In this document: positions 1-8,803 of the stretch, one piece after another
Position numbering within the stretch: position 1 is the first letter of the stretch
How the letters are laid out: every line of letters begins with the position of its first letter
Origin: Nitrososphaeria archaeon
GTDB lineage: Archaea; Thermoproteota; Nitrososphaeria; JACIWG01
Direction of reading: 5' to 3'
Assembly: GCA_963752255.1 (NCBI GenBank)
Contig: CAVVXT010000019.1
Location: forward strand, 465,686 to 529,685
Length of the DNA stretch: 64,000 nt
The notes under the pieces: model-generated
Database searches by the model: none
Seen by the model: only the letters and a program-made list of their open reading frames with translations
Told to the model about the DNA's origin: nothing
Made by a program: the position numbers and the translations under genes

Positions 1-535
1 TAACGATAAAGATGGCTGCATCCTTAACCCTGTTAATTACCTGCATCCAATCAGAAGTTGAAAGCTCAATACCTTCTTTTGGTCCTCCAACGTAACAGTG
101 TATGCAATCATTTTGGCATCTGAACGTCAGGGCCAGATCCATCCTAACAGGAGCCGTTGAAGGGGCACTAAATGGCTCCAAACGCCCAACACCAAGATAG
201 GATATAGGACACACCTTCCCAGTCTTAGCTAACGTGTTAACGGTGTACAGAAAACGTTCGTGATCCTTTTTAGCTTCTTTTTTTGACACCTTGTAAACTC
301 TTGTAATATCTTTAACAGCATTTTCTACGGTCAGACCATTGACAAACAAGTAGGCGTGAAAAGTTGCGGTTTCATTCATGTAAAACACTGCGTTAGCGTT
401 AACTGCAAGAACACCCTTGCCATCAGGCTCAACCCTTAGCTGAACGGACAGCCCTTTGTAGTCTCCTTTCCCCCTAAACGTGTATAGTCCAGGTTTAGCT
501 GCTAAAGGGGACCTGCCAAAGATCCTCGAAAACAT
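1..535 (-). CDS. Radical SAM enzyme with N-terminal RRE (PqqD-like) domain; 5' portion only, gene runs off the left edge
   Basis: Own translation of minus strand from ATG at 533-535, open to position 2 (178 aa, not in ORF track because no stop in window): MFSRIFGRSPLAAKPGLYTF... Region LAVNANAVFYMNETATFHAYLFVNGLTVENAVKDITRVYKVSKKEAKKDHERFLYTVNTLAKTGKV fits PqqD/RRE peptide-recognition pattern. It is followed by LALTFRCQNDCIHCY = CxxxCxxC radical-SAM cluster motif. Confidence 0.6.
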   Translation of the reverse strand, partial: MFSRIFGRSPLAAKPGLYTFRGKGDYKGLSVQLRVEPDGKGVLAVNANAVFYMNETATFHAYLFVNGLTVENAVKDITRVYKVSKKEAKKDHERFLYTVNTLAKTGKVCPISYLGVGRLEPFSAPSTAPVRMDLALTFRCQNDCIHCYVGGPKEGIELSTSDWMQVINRVKDAAIFIV

Positions 536-605
536 ACAAATCTAGTTGACATAATATCATATATTTGAACTTTGTATTTAGAAGAAATACTATTTGTTGG
601 GATAT

Positions 606-1070
606 TTATGACCTTGTCAGGTCAAATAGAATTTTTGAAGCTCCTTCAACGTACTTAGTACACTTATTTTCCTTTAACCCGAGTTTTTTGAAAAGAGCTC
701 TTCCTTCTGATGTGGAAAGGTCACATTTTATTAGATTACGACATCGAACATCACCGAACTCTTTCTTGAACCTTTCATAGCATTCCGAACTCTTTGCTAA
801 ACAAAGATCATATGCGTCTTGGTCAAGCCTATCCCTCCCATACATAAGACCTATTGCCATAATTGCACCCGTCAAGGCACCGCAGACAGACCCCTTTCTG
901 GCGATTCCTCCTCCGAAACCGGTCGCGATTCTTGGTACGATATTGCTGCTTATTTTATTAGCTTCCGTGTATCCCATCAAAACAGATTCGCAGCAGTTAT
1001 AGCCTTCCCTAAAATGTGAACTTGCCCTCTCAGAAATGTCCTCCATTCCAATCATTTTTAAGAATTTCAA
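606..1070 (-). CDS. C_GCAxxG_C_C family putative redox protein (Cys-rich, ~150 aa)
   Basis: 154 aa; motifs GYNCCESV, GGGIARKGSVCGALTGAIMAIG (CGAxxG core), VRCRNLIKC, NKCTKYVEGA match the four-Cys / CGAxxG signature of PF09719-type proteins. Ends 68 nt upstream of the RRE-rSAM start on the same strand. Confidence 0.6.
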   Translation of the reverse strand: MKFLKMIGMEDISERASSHFREGYNCCESVLMGYTEANKISSNIVPRIATGFGGGIARKGSVCGALTGAIMAIGLMYGRDRLDQDAYDLCLAKSSECYERFKKEFGDVRCRNLIKCDLSTSEGRALFKKLGLKENKCTKYVEGASKILFDLTRS

Positions 1071-1170
1071 GTTATATATAAAAATATATATGAAATTCCA
1101 AGCATAGAAAAAATGTCTTTTCCACAGATTTTGTAAAACTTTAATATCCTAAAAGACAAAATCAGATGAT

Positions 1171-1749
1171 ATGACAGATGAAGAGCTACCTCCAGACCAG
1201 TATGAAATCCCAAACCTCCTCAGGTGGAACATTGATCACCCCGGAATAATTTCATCGAATCCGAGGATCGATCTTGAAAAATGGATTCTAACTGTCGATG
1301 GGGAAGTCGAAAAACCAATTAAGCTTCGATGGGGAGACTTCCTAAAACTTACATCAATAGAATCAAAAAGCGACTTTCACTGCGTGGAAGGATGGAGTGT
1401 CAGAAACTGTAGATGGTACGGCGTTAACTTCAAAACATTAGTCGAACTTGTTAAACCAGCTAAGGAAGCTAAATACGTGTTCTTCAAATGCTCAGATGGT
1501 TATACGACTTCTTTAAACCTGGAGGAGCTGCTTAAAGACGATGTTCTCCTAGCCTACAGGCTAAATGATAAGCCTCTAGACGAACCCTTTGGGGGTCCAC
1601 TTAGGCTTGTAGTTCCGGACAAATACGCCTACAAGAGTGCGATGTGGGTGGAGAAGATAACCTTCACGAAAAAGAAGGAACTAGGATTTTGGGAGAAAAG
1701 AGGTTACAGCGACGACGCCGATGTCTGGAGCAACTCACGTCTAAGATGA
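1171..1749 (+). CDS. Molybdopterin-binding oxidoreductase domain protein (sulfite-oxidase/YedY-MsrP family, Mo domain only)
   Basis: 192 aa; hallmark DFHCVEGWSV (Mo-ligand Cys in HCVxGWS context) plus W-G-V...L pattern typical of PF00174. Divergent from the C_GCAxxG_C_C gene, with a TATA-rich intergenic region. Confidence 0.7.
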   Translation: MTDEELPPDQYEIPNLLRWNIDHPGIISSNPRIDLEKWILTVDGEVEKPIKLRWGDFLKLTSIESKSDFHCVEGWSVRNCRWYGVNFKTLVELVKPAKEAKYVFFKCSDGYTTSLNLEELLKDDVLLAYRLNDKPLDEPFGGPLRLVVPDKYAYKSAMWVEKITFTKKKELGFWEKRGYSDDADVWSNSRLR

Positions 1750-1838
1750 ATAACGTTCTAGAATCAAAAATTTAATAACGCAATAAATGTAATCTTGCTG
1801 CAGGTATAACCCTAACTTGCTTGTGGTGAATCATATAT

Positions 1839-2681
1839 TTGTCGTTTGAGATACAGGAGCTACTTGACATAATAAAGATAATTACGCTTGTTAGACTCGC
1901 TGATGAAGAAAATTTAGATAAGAACATCCTGAAAAATCAGTTAGATAATTATTGCTCAGGCTACATCTGTGTCGAAACAAAAGACGTTGATGAAGCGTTA
2001 AATGAATTAGGTAGGGAAGGTCTTGTTATCGAACAAAATAATGTGCTCAAACCGACGGAAAAAGGTGTCCAGCTGGGCAAAGAATGGCAAAACCTGCTTC
2101 TGAAAAAAGAGCCGATTTTGGAGGTTGTAGCAGGTCTAACCGATGGTTCAATTGCGAGCTTAGTGGTCATACTTTCTACACTTCTTGCAGGACTGACGAC
2201 TGGTACAGCAGCGTTTGCGGCAGTCCTGAGTTTAACGTCAGTAGCGGTAACGAACTTTTCAAGCTTTCTTCTAGGTGGTAGAACAGAGGATATCGCAGAC
2301 CTTTTAACTCTCAAGAATCTGATGGACTACAGCCTCAGCGACATACCAGACAAGATCGAGAGAGAAAAATCGCTTAAATTGCTCGAACATATGTTCAAAT
2401 TGCTGAACAAAGAGAGGAGAAGGACGAACCTGTTCGCCGCCATAATTTCAGGAGTAACCACCTTTGTTGCTGGCCTAGTACCGATAGTCACTTTTCTCAC
2501 ACTGCCTAAGCCATTCAACCTGATCACATCGCTGGGAGTTGTTGTTGGGATAGCGGGCTTCTTCCTAGTCAGATATAGATCCAAGAGGGCTAAGATTCAC
2601 TGGGGGATAACACTGATCGAGACAATAGTTATAATTGCAGTCGCAGTTGTTGTATCACTGCTTATAGGACACGGGTTCTAA
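1839..2681 (+). CDS. VIT1/CCC1 family Fe/Mn transporter with N-terminal winged-helix-like domain
   Basis: 280 aa; EVVAGLTDGSIASLVVILS and a second TM block match VIT1 (PF01988) repeats; C-terminal TM helices; N-terminal ~90 aa soluble domain. Confidence 0.65.
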   Translation: MSFEIQELLDIIKIITLVRLADEENLDKNILKNQLDNYCSGYICVETKDVDEALNELGREGLVIEQNNVLKPTEKGVQLGKEWQNLLLKKEPILEVVAGLTDGSIASLVVILSTLLAGLTTGTAAFAAVLSLTSVAVTNFSSFLLGGRTEDIADLLTLKNLMDYSLSDIPDKIEREKSLKLLEHMFKLLNKERRRTNLFAAIISGVTTFVAGLVPIVTFLTLPKPFNLITSLGVVVGIAGFFLVRYRSKRAKIHWGITLIETIVIIAVAVVVSLLIGHGF

Positions 2682-2703
2682 AGACAAAATAAATAGATAA
2701 ATA

Positions 2704-3534
2704 TTGGTAAATTTTTCAAAAATCAATGATAGCATGATAGAAGTCAAGGAGCTAAACGCAAATCTGGAGCCCCTTTTCTACGAACATATTTCGAATGATG
2801 TACCTAACTATTATTTTTTCATACTAGATTGGAAGTATAACCGGCAAGATACAAAAATATTGATAGCACAGGAAAATGGAAAAATCAGGGGAACGATGAT
2901 AGTTTTTAAGAATCAAATCATCTCAATAAGGGGGAGTTTAAACGCAGCCGAATCATTATTGGACAGAATTGACTTGGATGATGTTGAAGCAAATTGCTAC
3001 GAAGAACACAAATCGATACTGCTTAAGAAATACGAACCTATGATGGAGCATAAGTTGACGTTGATGAAACTTGAAAATGTAGCCGACAGTGTCCACCCAA
3101 AATACCCTTTAACAAAGCTGGTCACAGATGATTCAGAAGAAACATCAAAAATTATAATGGAATCTTTGCCAATTCATTGGGGCCAGGTTACAGCAGAGGA
3201 AATATATTCAAGAATAAATGAAGGTGACCCATGTTATTGCATTAAAGAAGACGACAGAATAGTTTCTGTCGCGTTGGCAAAAGAAAAGGACTTCGGGGAA
3301 ACGATCGGCATAGTAGGTTACATAAATGCAGTTGCAACAGTCAAGGACTACAGGAACAGAGGATATGCTACATCGATGGTTTACTAGTTATCAAGGAAGC
3401 TCCTTGAAAGATCAAAATACGTGCTACTATCCGTATTAAGCGATAACATTCCAGCTTTTACAGCATATTCTAGAGTCGGGTTTAAACCCGTAAGAAGCTA
3501 TTATTTTATGAGGGGACATAAGATAATGGGCTAA
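2704..3534 (+). pseudogene. GNAT family N-acetyltransferase interrupted by in-frame TAG at 3385-3387
   Basis: ORF 2704..3387 ends ...RNRGYATSMVY* (GNAT motif A R-x-x-G-x-A). The same frame continues LSRKLLERSKYVLLSVLSDNIPAFTAYSRVGFKPVRSYYFMRGHKIMG* (GNAT motif B/C-terminal beta-strand) to TAA at 3532-3534. The disruption is a single nonsense codon, not a frameshift. Confidence 0.6.
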
Positions 3535-5090
3535 GACGAACTTGGGACTCTTAGGTCTATTTCCTTTCCGCTTCTACCATCAACCCAGACTAACCTTTTT
3601 TTATCTTCCAAAACCAATTCAACTCTGTATACTGGATAGAGGAAAGGCTTGAACTCTAGAAGATCGGAGCCTGGAAAAAGACCTTTGATAGCTTCACGAA
3701 CTTCAGCTTCTTTTAATTTAACGCTTACAACTTCAGCTTTCTGTGTGCTAATGTTTTCTAGAATCAACGTTTTCTCTTCTAAGTCGATCTTAGGTAATTC
3801 TACTATACGATGGTACCGTCTTAATCTACCATCCTTGTAGGAGCTGATGAGCCTCTTCTTTTCTAAGGACTTTAGCAGACTACGCATTATGGGCTCTGAA
3901 ACTTTCAATTCACCTGATATATCAATCAACGTGGAATCTTTATCTGGACTAAGCAACTTCAAAACCTCGATATGTTGTCGGCTCAAACCGATGAGCTGTT
4001 CAATTCCCTCCTTGGAAACTAATCCATCCTCGAGCATGACATATCTTCCGGTTACACCATCTGATATAAAGAACCTGTTCTCGAACCTTTTCCTAAGCAA
4101 CCCAGTTCTAATGCTAACAGTTAGCTGAATCAAAGGGTTAAAGATCAGCTGAACACTGGAAACCTCTTCATGTTCTCCGAAAAAGATAAACCGCTTTTCC
4201 TTCTTGACAATAGATGGCACATCGTTTAAGCCTATCAGTGGAGGAAGCCCAAGAAAGTTCTTCTCTGTTTTTAGGCTGCGAAGTTTTTTGAGAACTTCCT
4301 CAGAGTGTTGGATGACACGATCCTTAAGTTTAGGGGTTATTCCCTCATGCCGTGTTTCCCTTAACCTGATCCTGACAGAAACGGGAGTGAGTGAAAAACC
4401 TCCAAGTGCATAGAAAACGCCTGGGGGAAGGGTTGTTAGCTGTTTTGGCAGACTATATCCAAGGAAAAACTGGGCGACCGACTCTAAATCGTTCTTTATA
4501 TTTAGCTTTCCTATTAGCTGATTTGAGCACTGACTCAAGACATTTTTGTCTACAAGAGAGGGCCTCTGTGTGCAGAGCATTAGGCCAAGGCCACGCTTTC
4601 GTCCCCTCCTAGCCACTTCTTCAATAATTTTGAGCCGTTCTCCTGCCTGCGGAATAAACTTGTCCGCTTCTTCAAGAACTATAAGATAGGGTGTCCTTCT
4701 GACAGAAACCTCTTTAAACATTTCAGAAAGAAACTCGCCCACCTTTCCTTTGGGATCTTCTGCCTCTGATACATCGAGGATTAAGGGGGAAATGTCGAGA
4801 GCCTGTCCAGCCAGTTCTTTGATGTTTAAGGCGCTCCAATTTAAATCGCATTTTTCGTCCTCTCCAACCCATATCATCTCATACTTTTCTTTCAGCCCAG
4901 AATACTCTCCTTCGATATCTATGAGAGCAAATGGAACTCCAGCCTTACAGAGCTCCTCACAGAAGACGCCGACGGCATAACTCTTGCCACTTCCACTGGA
5001 GCCTATTATACAAGTCCTGCCAGTTACTATTAGATCAGCGTCGACTTGGAATATTTTCTCTCCATGAAAGCCCACATTTAGTAATGGCAC
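3531..5090 (-). CDS. HerA/FtsK-superfamily (DUF87-like) P-loop ATPase fused to C-terminal winged-helix domain
   Basis: 519 aa; Walker A GSSGSGKS, Walker B LIVLEEADKF, LMLCTQRPS (TQRP motif of HerA/FtsK/VirB4 clade); C-terminal ~250 aa contain wHTH-like segment IDISGELKVSEPIMRSLLKSLEKKRLISSYKDGRLRRYHRI. Confidence 0.6.
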   Translation of the reverse strand: MPLLNVGFHGEKIFQVDADLIVTGRTCIIGSSGSGKSYAVGVFCEELCKAGVPFALIDIEGEYSGLKEKYEMIWVGEDEKCDLNWSALNIKELAGQALDISPLILDVSEAEDPKGKVGEFLSEMFKEVSVRRTPYLIVLEEADKFIPQAGERLKIIEEVARRGRKRGLGLMLCTQRPSLVDKNVLSQCSNQLIGKLNIKNDLESVAQFFLGYSLPKQLTTLPPGVFYALGGFSLTPVSVRIRLRETRHEGITPKLKDRVIQHSEEVLKKLRSLKTEKNFLGLPPLIGLNDVPSIVKKEKRFIFFGEHEEVSSVQLIFNPLIQLTVSIRTGLLRKRFENRFFISDGVTGRYVMLEDGLVSKEGIEQLIGLSRQHIEVLKLLSPDKDSTLIDISGELKVSEPIMRSLLKSLEKKRLISSYKDGRLRRYHRIVELPKIDLEEKTLILENISTQKAEVVSVKLKEAEVREAIKGLFPGSDLLEFKPFLYPVYRVELVLEDKKRLVWVDGRSGKEIDLRVPSSS

Positions 5091-5195
5091 ACGAGAGAAT
5101 CACATAAAGTTGGTAATAACTCTTTCTTCTCATAACCATCGGTAATTATTTTGTGAAAGGTAATAATTTTATACAGCTCAAACTATTACTCGTAT

Positions 5196-5768
5196 ATGAT
5201 ATATGTATTAGGCGTTTGCGGAAGCCCCAGAATTGGAGGGAACACTGAAAGACTTGTGCTGGAAGCTCTGAAAGCTGTAGAAGAGGAAGGAGCTCGGACA
5301 GAGCTGGTGAGGCTCGCTGACAAAGAAATCAAACCTTGTGATGACTGTAGGTCGTGCAAGACCACAGGACAATGTCGTATAAAGGACGATTTTACTGCCG
5401 TCTATAAGAAAATGATTAAAGCAGACGGTATTATATTATCGTCTCCAGTTTATTTTGGGTCAGCTACCCCCCAGATAAAGGCTTTAATTGACCGAGCTGG
5501 CACACTATCGAACCGTACAGGAAGGGTTTTCGAAAACAAAGTTGGCGGTGCTTTGGTTGTCGCGAGGAGAGCGGGCCAAAACTTCACATTTGCCCAGCTC
5601 CTGTTCTTCTTTCTGCACCAAGGAATGATCGTACCCGGTTCTACATACTGGAACATCGCCTTCGGCAGGGAAAAAGGTGAAGTAGCCAAAGACGAGGAGG
5701 GAATTCAGACGGCGAGAAACTTTGGAAAAAGAATGGTCTGGCTAATTAAGAAGATCAAGACCGAATAG
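5196..5768 (+). CDS. isf: Iron-sulfur flavoprotein (NADPH-dependent FMN reductase fold with compact Cys cluster)
   Basis: 190 aa; flavodoxin-like N-terminus VLGVCGSPRIGGNTE; CDDCRSCKTTGQC = CX2CX2CX5C motif characteristic of Isf proteins. Confidence 0.7.
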   Translation: MIYVLGVCGSPRIGGNTERLVLEALKAVEEEGARTELVRLADKEIKPCDDCRSCKTTGQCRIKDDFTAVYKKMIKADGIILSSPVYFGSATPQIKALIDRAGTLSNRTGRVFENKVGGALVVARRAGQNFTFAQLLFFFLHQGMIVPGSTYWNIAFGREKGEVAKDEEGIQTARNFGKRMVWLIKKIKTE

Positions 5769-5823
5769 TCGCTGTCGCTTTGCAGAGGTCACTATAGGGA
5801 AAAAGTTATACGCAATATCATGG

Positions 5824-6396
5824 TTGATCAAAATCGACAGATATATGGAAGCAAAGATTATAGTGGATGCAGCCGAGATACTTAAGAACATGCCGAGGAC
5901 TGGCTGGCTGCAGAACGGTGTTCCATCCTACGAGGCGGAAACAGTCGCAGAACACACCTTCGAGGTCGTAACCATCTTGACCATCTTCTCATATGCATCG
6001 GAAGAGGCGTTCGATAACGAGAAGATGCTGATCATGGGCATAATACATGACCTAAGCGAATCAGTGTCAGGCGATATGCCACGAGGGCTCACGCAAAGAA
6101 TAGGTAAGGAGTCTAAGAGCAGGACGGAAAAGGAGATAATAAAAGAAATCGCGGTCGCTGGTGGACTAGCTGAATTGGAAAAAAATTTCAATGAATACGA
6201 GGAAGGTAAGAGTGTAGAAGCTATACTCGTGAAGATTGCTGATAGGGTGTCAACTATAAGACAGGCGAAAATATACTCTAAAAGAGGTTACAATGTAAGA
6301 AATATTGAGGAAGGATACAAAGAGGAACTGAAGAGCTTACTGCAGAAGGTACCATATAAGAAGATTAGGAAAATCGTAACCGAACTCATAGAATAA
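5824..6396 (+). CDS. HD-domain phosphohydrolase (YfbR-like 5'-deoxynucleotidase family)
   Basis: 190 aa; HTFEV...IIHDLSESVSGD HD motif arrangement. Confidence 0.65.
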   Translation: MIKIDRYMEAKIIVDAAEILKNMPRTGWLQNGVPSYEAETVAEHTFEVVTILTIFSYASEEAFDNEKMLIMGIIHDLSESVSGDMPRGLTQRIGKESKSRTEKEIIKEIAVAGGLAELEKNFNEYEEGKSVEAILVKIADRVSTIRQAKIYSKRGYNVRNIEEGYKEELKSLLQKVPYKKIRKIVTELIE

Positions 6397-6434
6397 ACGT
6401 ATAATTCAAAAATTTTAAGAATAACGATTATCCT

Positions 6435-7532
6435 TCAGTAAATAAGCGAGCCAACTCTGTTCCCAGACAACGCTTCCTTAATGTCTAAGGAAATTCTCCT
6501 TCCGGTTGACATAGGTTCATTAAATATGTAAGGTGTATATGGGGAGCCTTCAGGATAAAGGTTAGTACCGGCAACGATGCGCGCAGAAACTTCAAAGACT
6601 ATGAAACCTCTACTTGGATTATAGACTGTTTCTATGCAGAAGGGCCCAATAAGTCCAGGTGGAAACAGCTTGATGGAAGCCTCGATCAATCTAGCGCCTA
6701 TAGCTAAGACGTCGGGTAGAAGACTCTCTCTGACGACAACAGGCTGGTTTCCTGACACCGTATAGTCAAGGTAATCGGGGATGATTTCAGGCAGCCCTCT
6801 ATATATCTCATCTATAGGCTCCAGTCGTCTATCCATGCTCATCAGCTCCAAGCCACCCGTAGACAGCTTTAGCCCCCTTGATCCTGCTAGGCTATAGAAG
6901 TAATGCGGGTAGTAACGTGTTCCAGCTATGAACTCCTGGATAAACGTTTTATCTTCAGGTTTGATCACACCCTCGCGCACCTTTCCTGCAAGCTTTTCAC
7001 GGAATTCATTAAAATTCTTGACCCTAAAATAGCCCTTGCCACCCCTAGCACCATAGACCTTAACAAAGGCGTATGTGTCGATCTTCGAAGGGTCGTCGAA
7101 AACCTTCGGAAATTGCAGACTCGCTTCCCTGAACCATTCCAGCTGCTTCTCTCTATCGCTCTCCCACTCAAGGACTTTCCTGTTGCCGTACATTGGGACA
7201 TAGAAAGAGTCTTGCAGGTTTTTAGCTCCGACATATTCTACAAATGAACCGTGAGCGATAATAATCGCATTGGAGCCAACAAGCCTCTCCTGGACTTCTG
7301 CTTCTAGAACATCCCGATAATTGTCCACGATAATAAACTCATCTGGGGAAGCTTCAGGGAACGCTTTATAGAACTGTACCCTATCCTTTAGACAGATTCC
7401 CAAGGTTCTGAACCCTTCTTTCTTCGCACCATGGAAGATCTGGAGAGCGGAATGAGAACATATTGTCGCTATAGAAATCTTCTTCTGATCGTACTTGGAC
7501 AGCGTCTGAAGTATTTCTTTCCTATTTATCAT
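6435..7532 (-). CDS. purP: 5-formaminoimidazole-4-carboxamide ribonucleotide (FAICAR) synthetase PurP, ATP-grasp
   Basis: 365 aa; near-colinear with archaeal PurP (KEIL..YD...ISIATICSHSALQI..GAK.EGF.T; NYRDV...EVQERL...NAIIIAHGSF; VYGARGGKGYF; GLIGPFCIE...VFEVSARI). Confidence 0.85.
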   Translation of the reverse strand: MINRKEILQTLSKYDQKKISIATICSHSALQIFHGAKKEGFRTLGICLKDRVQFYKAFPEASPDEFIIVDNYRDVLEAEVQERLVGSNAIIIAHGSFVEYVGAKNLQDSFYVPMYGNRKVLEWESDREKQLEWFREASLQFPKVFDDPSKIDTYAFVKVYGARGGKGYFRVKNFNEFREKLAGKVREGVIKPEDKTFIQEFIAGTRYYPHYFYSLAGSRGLKLSTGGLELMSMDRRLEPIDEIYRGLPEIIPDYLDYTVSGNQPVVVRESLLPDVLAIGARLIEASIKLFPPGLIGPFCIETVYNPSRGFIVFEVSARIVAGTNLYPEGSPYTPYIFNEPMSTGRRISLDIKEALSGNRVGSLIY

Positions 7533-8707
7533 GTAATTATCTCCTCCAACCTGTCCCTCTTAACAGCATAACTAATCTCCAACATGGAGAAGTCTAGCAC
7601 GGACTCGAAATTCTGCACCTTCAACTTCAGATCAGCTATCTGAGACCTGTACTTGAGGAGTAATCTTCTCATTTCAGGAGATGTAGGCCCGATTCCAGGT
7701 GAGCCGGGTATGCGTGGACTAACGTCGAAGATAAAAAAATCTAACCTCTTACCCTCTGGATCTTCTGGATCATAGGCTATGGCGCCTTGGAGGGCAAACG
7801 GTCCAACAAGTCCTGGAGGATAGGCTTTTTTACAGACGGCAAGGAACTTCGACGCAGAATTATAGGCGAGAGGCTTCTGTGATTCGCGCATTGTTACACC
7901 GAAGTGGCCTATCTCCTCGTTCTTTACGTCAACCTCAAGCTCCAGTTGTTCCCGAGCGGTTAAATTCAGTATTCCCTGAAGGTTCACTTGCCTTCTGTCG
8001 TCAAATCCTAAAAAGTCAAAATCCCCGAAAACATCGTCCAGAGCCCAAGCTTGAAAGTTGGCGTTAAACCTCGGCCCCAGGACAAATTCCTCTATCACAG
8101 CATCCTTTAGGTCCCCAAGGTCTATTATATTCCTGGAAGAAAGTTCCTTAGCCTTCACCCAGTATTGATCAACGTTCTTAGCCGTAAAGAAGGCACGTTC
8201 AAGGGGCTTAGCCTTCTGACACACCTTCACTAAAACAAGCCTATCTATATCGTCAGGCTTGCTAAACCTCTTAGGCGTTCTTACGCCAGCTTCCTCTAGA
8301 AGCCAGTACTGGTTCTTTGACAACTTTCTATCTTCGGTCTTGAGCATGAACCTGTTGCCATAGATTGGAACTCGGAAATTGTCTTCAATATTCTTGCATC
8401 CTACGTAAACAGAAAATGATCTGTTAGGCAGAAAGATTGTGTTCAGACGACGAAGCTCATCCTGAACCTCCCTATTTATGATATCTGAAAAGGAGTTTAA
8501 GACGATGCTATGGTCAAAGACGTGCCTGTTGAATTTTATGTAAAGGTCTTCTCTCCCTTTCTGACAGACTACTACCGTTGGAAAGCCAAAAATCTTTGCC
8601 GCAACACCGACTTCTTCTGCGGAATGTGATCCTAGAACGCCTATAGTAATCTTCTTGTTATCGTAGCTCTCTAAGGTTTTCTTTAGATCATCTATCTTTA
8701 GGACCAA
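7529..8707 (-). CDS. PurP-family ATP-grasp paralog (second FAICAR synthetase-like gene)
   Basis: 392 aa; same domain order as PurP (ITIGVLGSHSAEE; GNRFMLKTEDR; PPGLVGPFALQG...FIFDVSPRIPG) but more divergent; overlaps purP by 4 nt (operon). Confidence 0.75.
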   Translation of the reverse strand: MVLKIDDLKKTLESYDNKKITIGVLGSHSAEEVGVAAKIFGFPTVVVCQKGREDLYIKFNRHVFDHSIVLNSFSDIINREVQDELRRLNTIFLPNRSFSVYVGCKNIEDNFRVPIYGNRFMLKTEDRKLSKNQYWLLEEAGVRTPKRFSKPDDIDRLVLVKVCQKAKPLERAFFTAKNVDQYWVKAKELSSRNIIDLGDLKDAVIEEFVLGPRFNANFQAWALDDVFGDFDFLGFDDRRQVNLQGILNLTAREQLELEVDVKNEEIGHFGVTMRESQKPLAYNSASKFLAVCKKAYPPGLVGPFALQGAIAYDPEDPEGKRLDFFIFDVSPRIPGSPGIGPTSPEMRRLLLKYRSQIADLKLKVQNFESVLDFSMLEISYAVKRDRLEEIIT

Positions 8708-8803
8708 GTTAACCTTCTCTTAACCGAAAATGGTTCCCTTAAGTACTATTAAGCGTTATTCCCAAACATGATTAGATATCAGCTGAGTAAAAGGTTAAAG
8801 GAA

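Noticed and set aside
1961-2584. Antisense ORFs 1961..2314(-), 2084..2281(+), 2327..2584(-) overlapping the VIT1-family gene
   Set aside because: Shadow ORFs inside a well-supported gene; no motifs; low-complexity translation.
3385-3387. Possible amber suppression / pyrrolysine-style recoding
   Set aside because: TAG terminates several other well-supported genes in the window (5766, 10106, 13294, 15258), so it behaves as an ordinary stop.
2704-3535. Initially read the GNAT disruption as a +1 frameshift
   Set aside because: Coordinate arithmetic shows the continuation (3388 onward) is in the same frame as 2704; the lesion is a single in-frame TAG.
3649-4980. Five + strand ORFs (63-93 aa) inside the DUF87 ATPase gene
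   Set aside because: All antisense to a gene with clear Walker motifs; Ser/Leu-rich artefacts.
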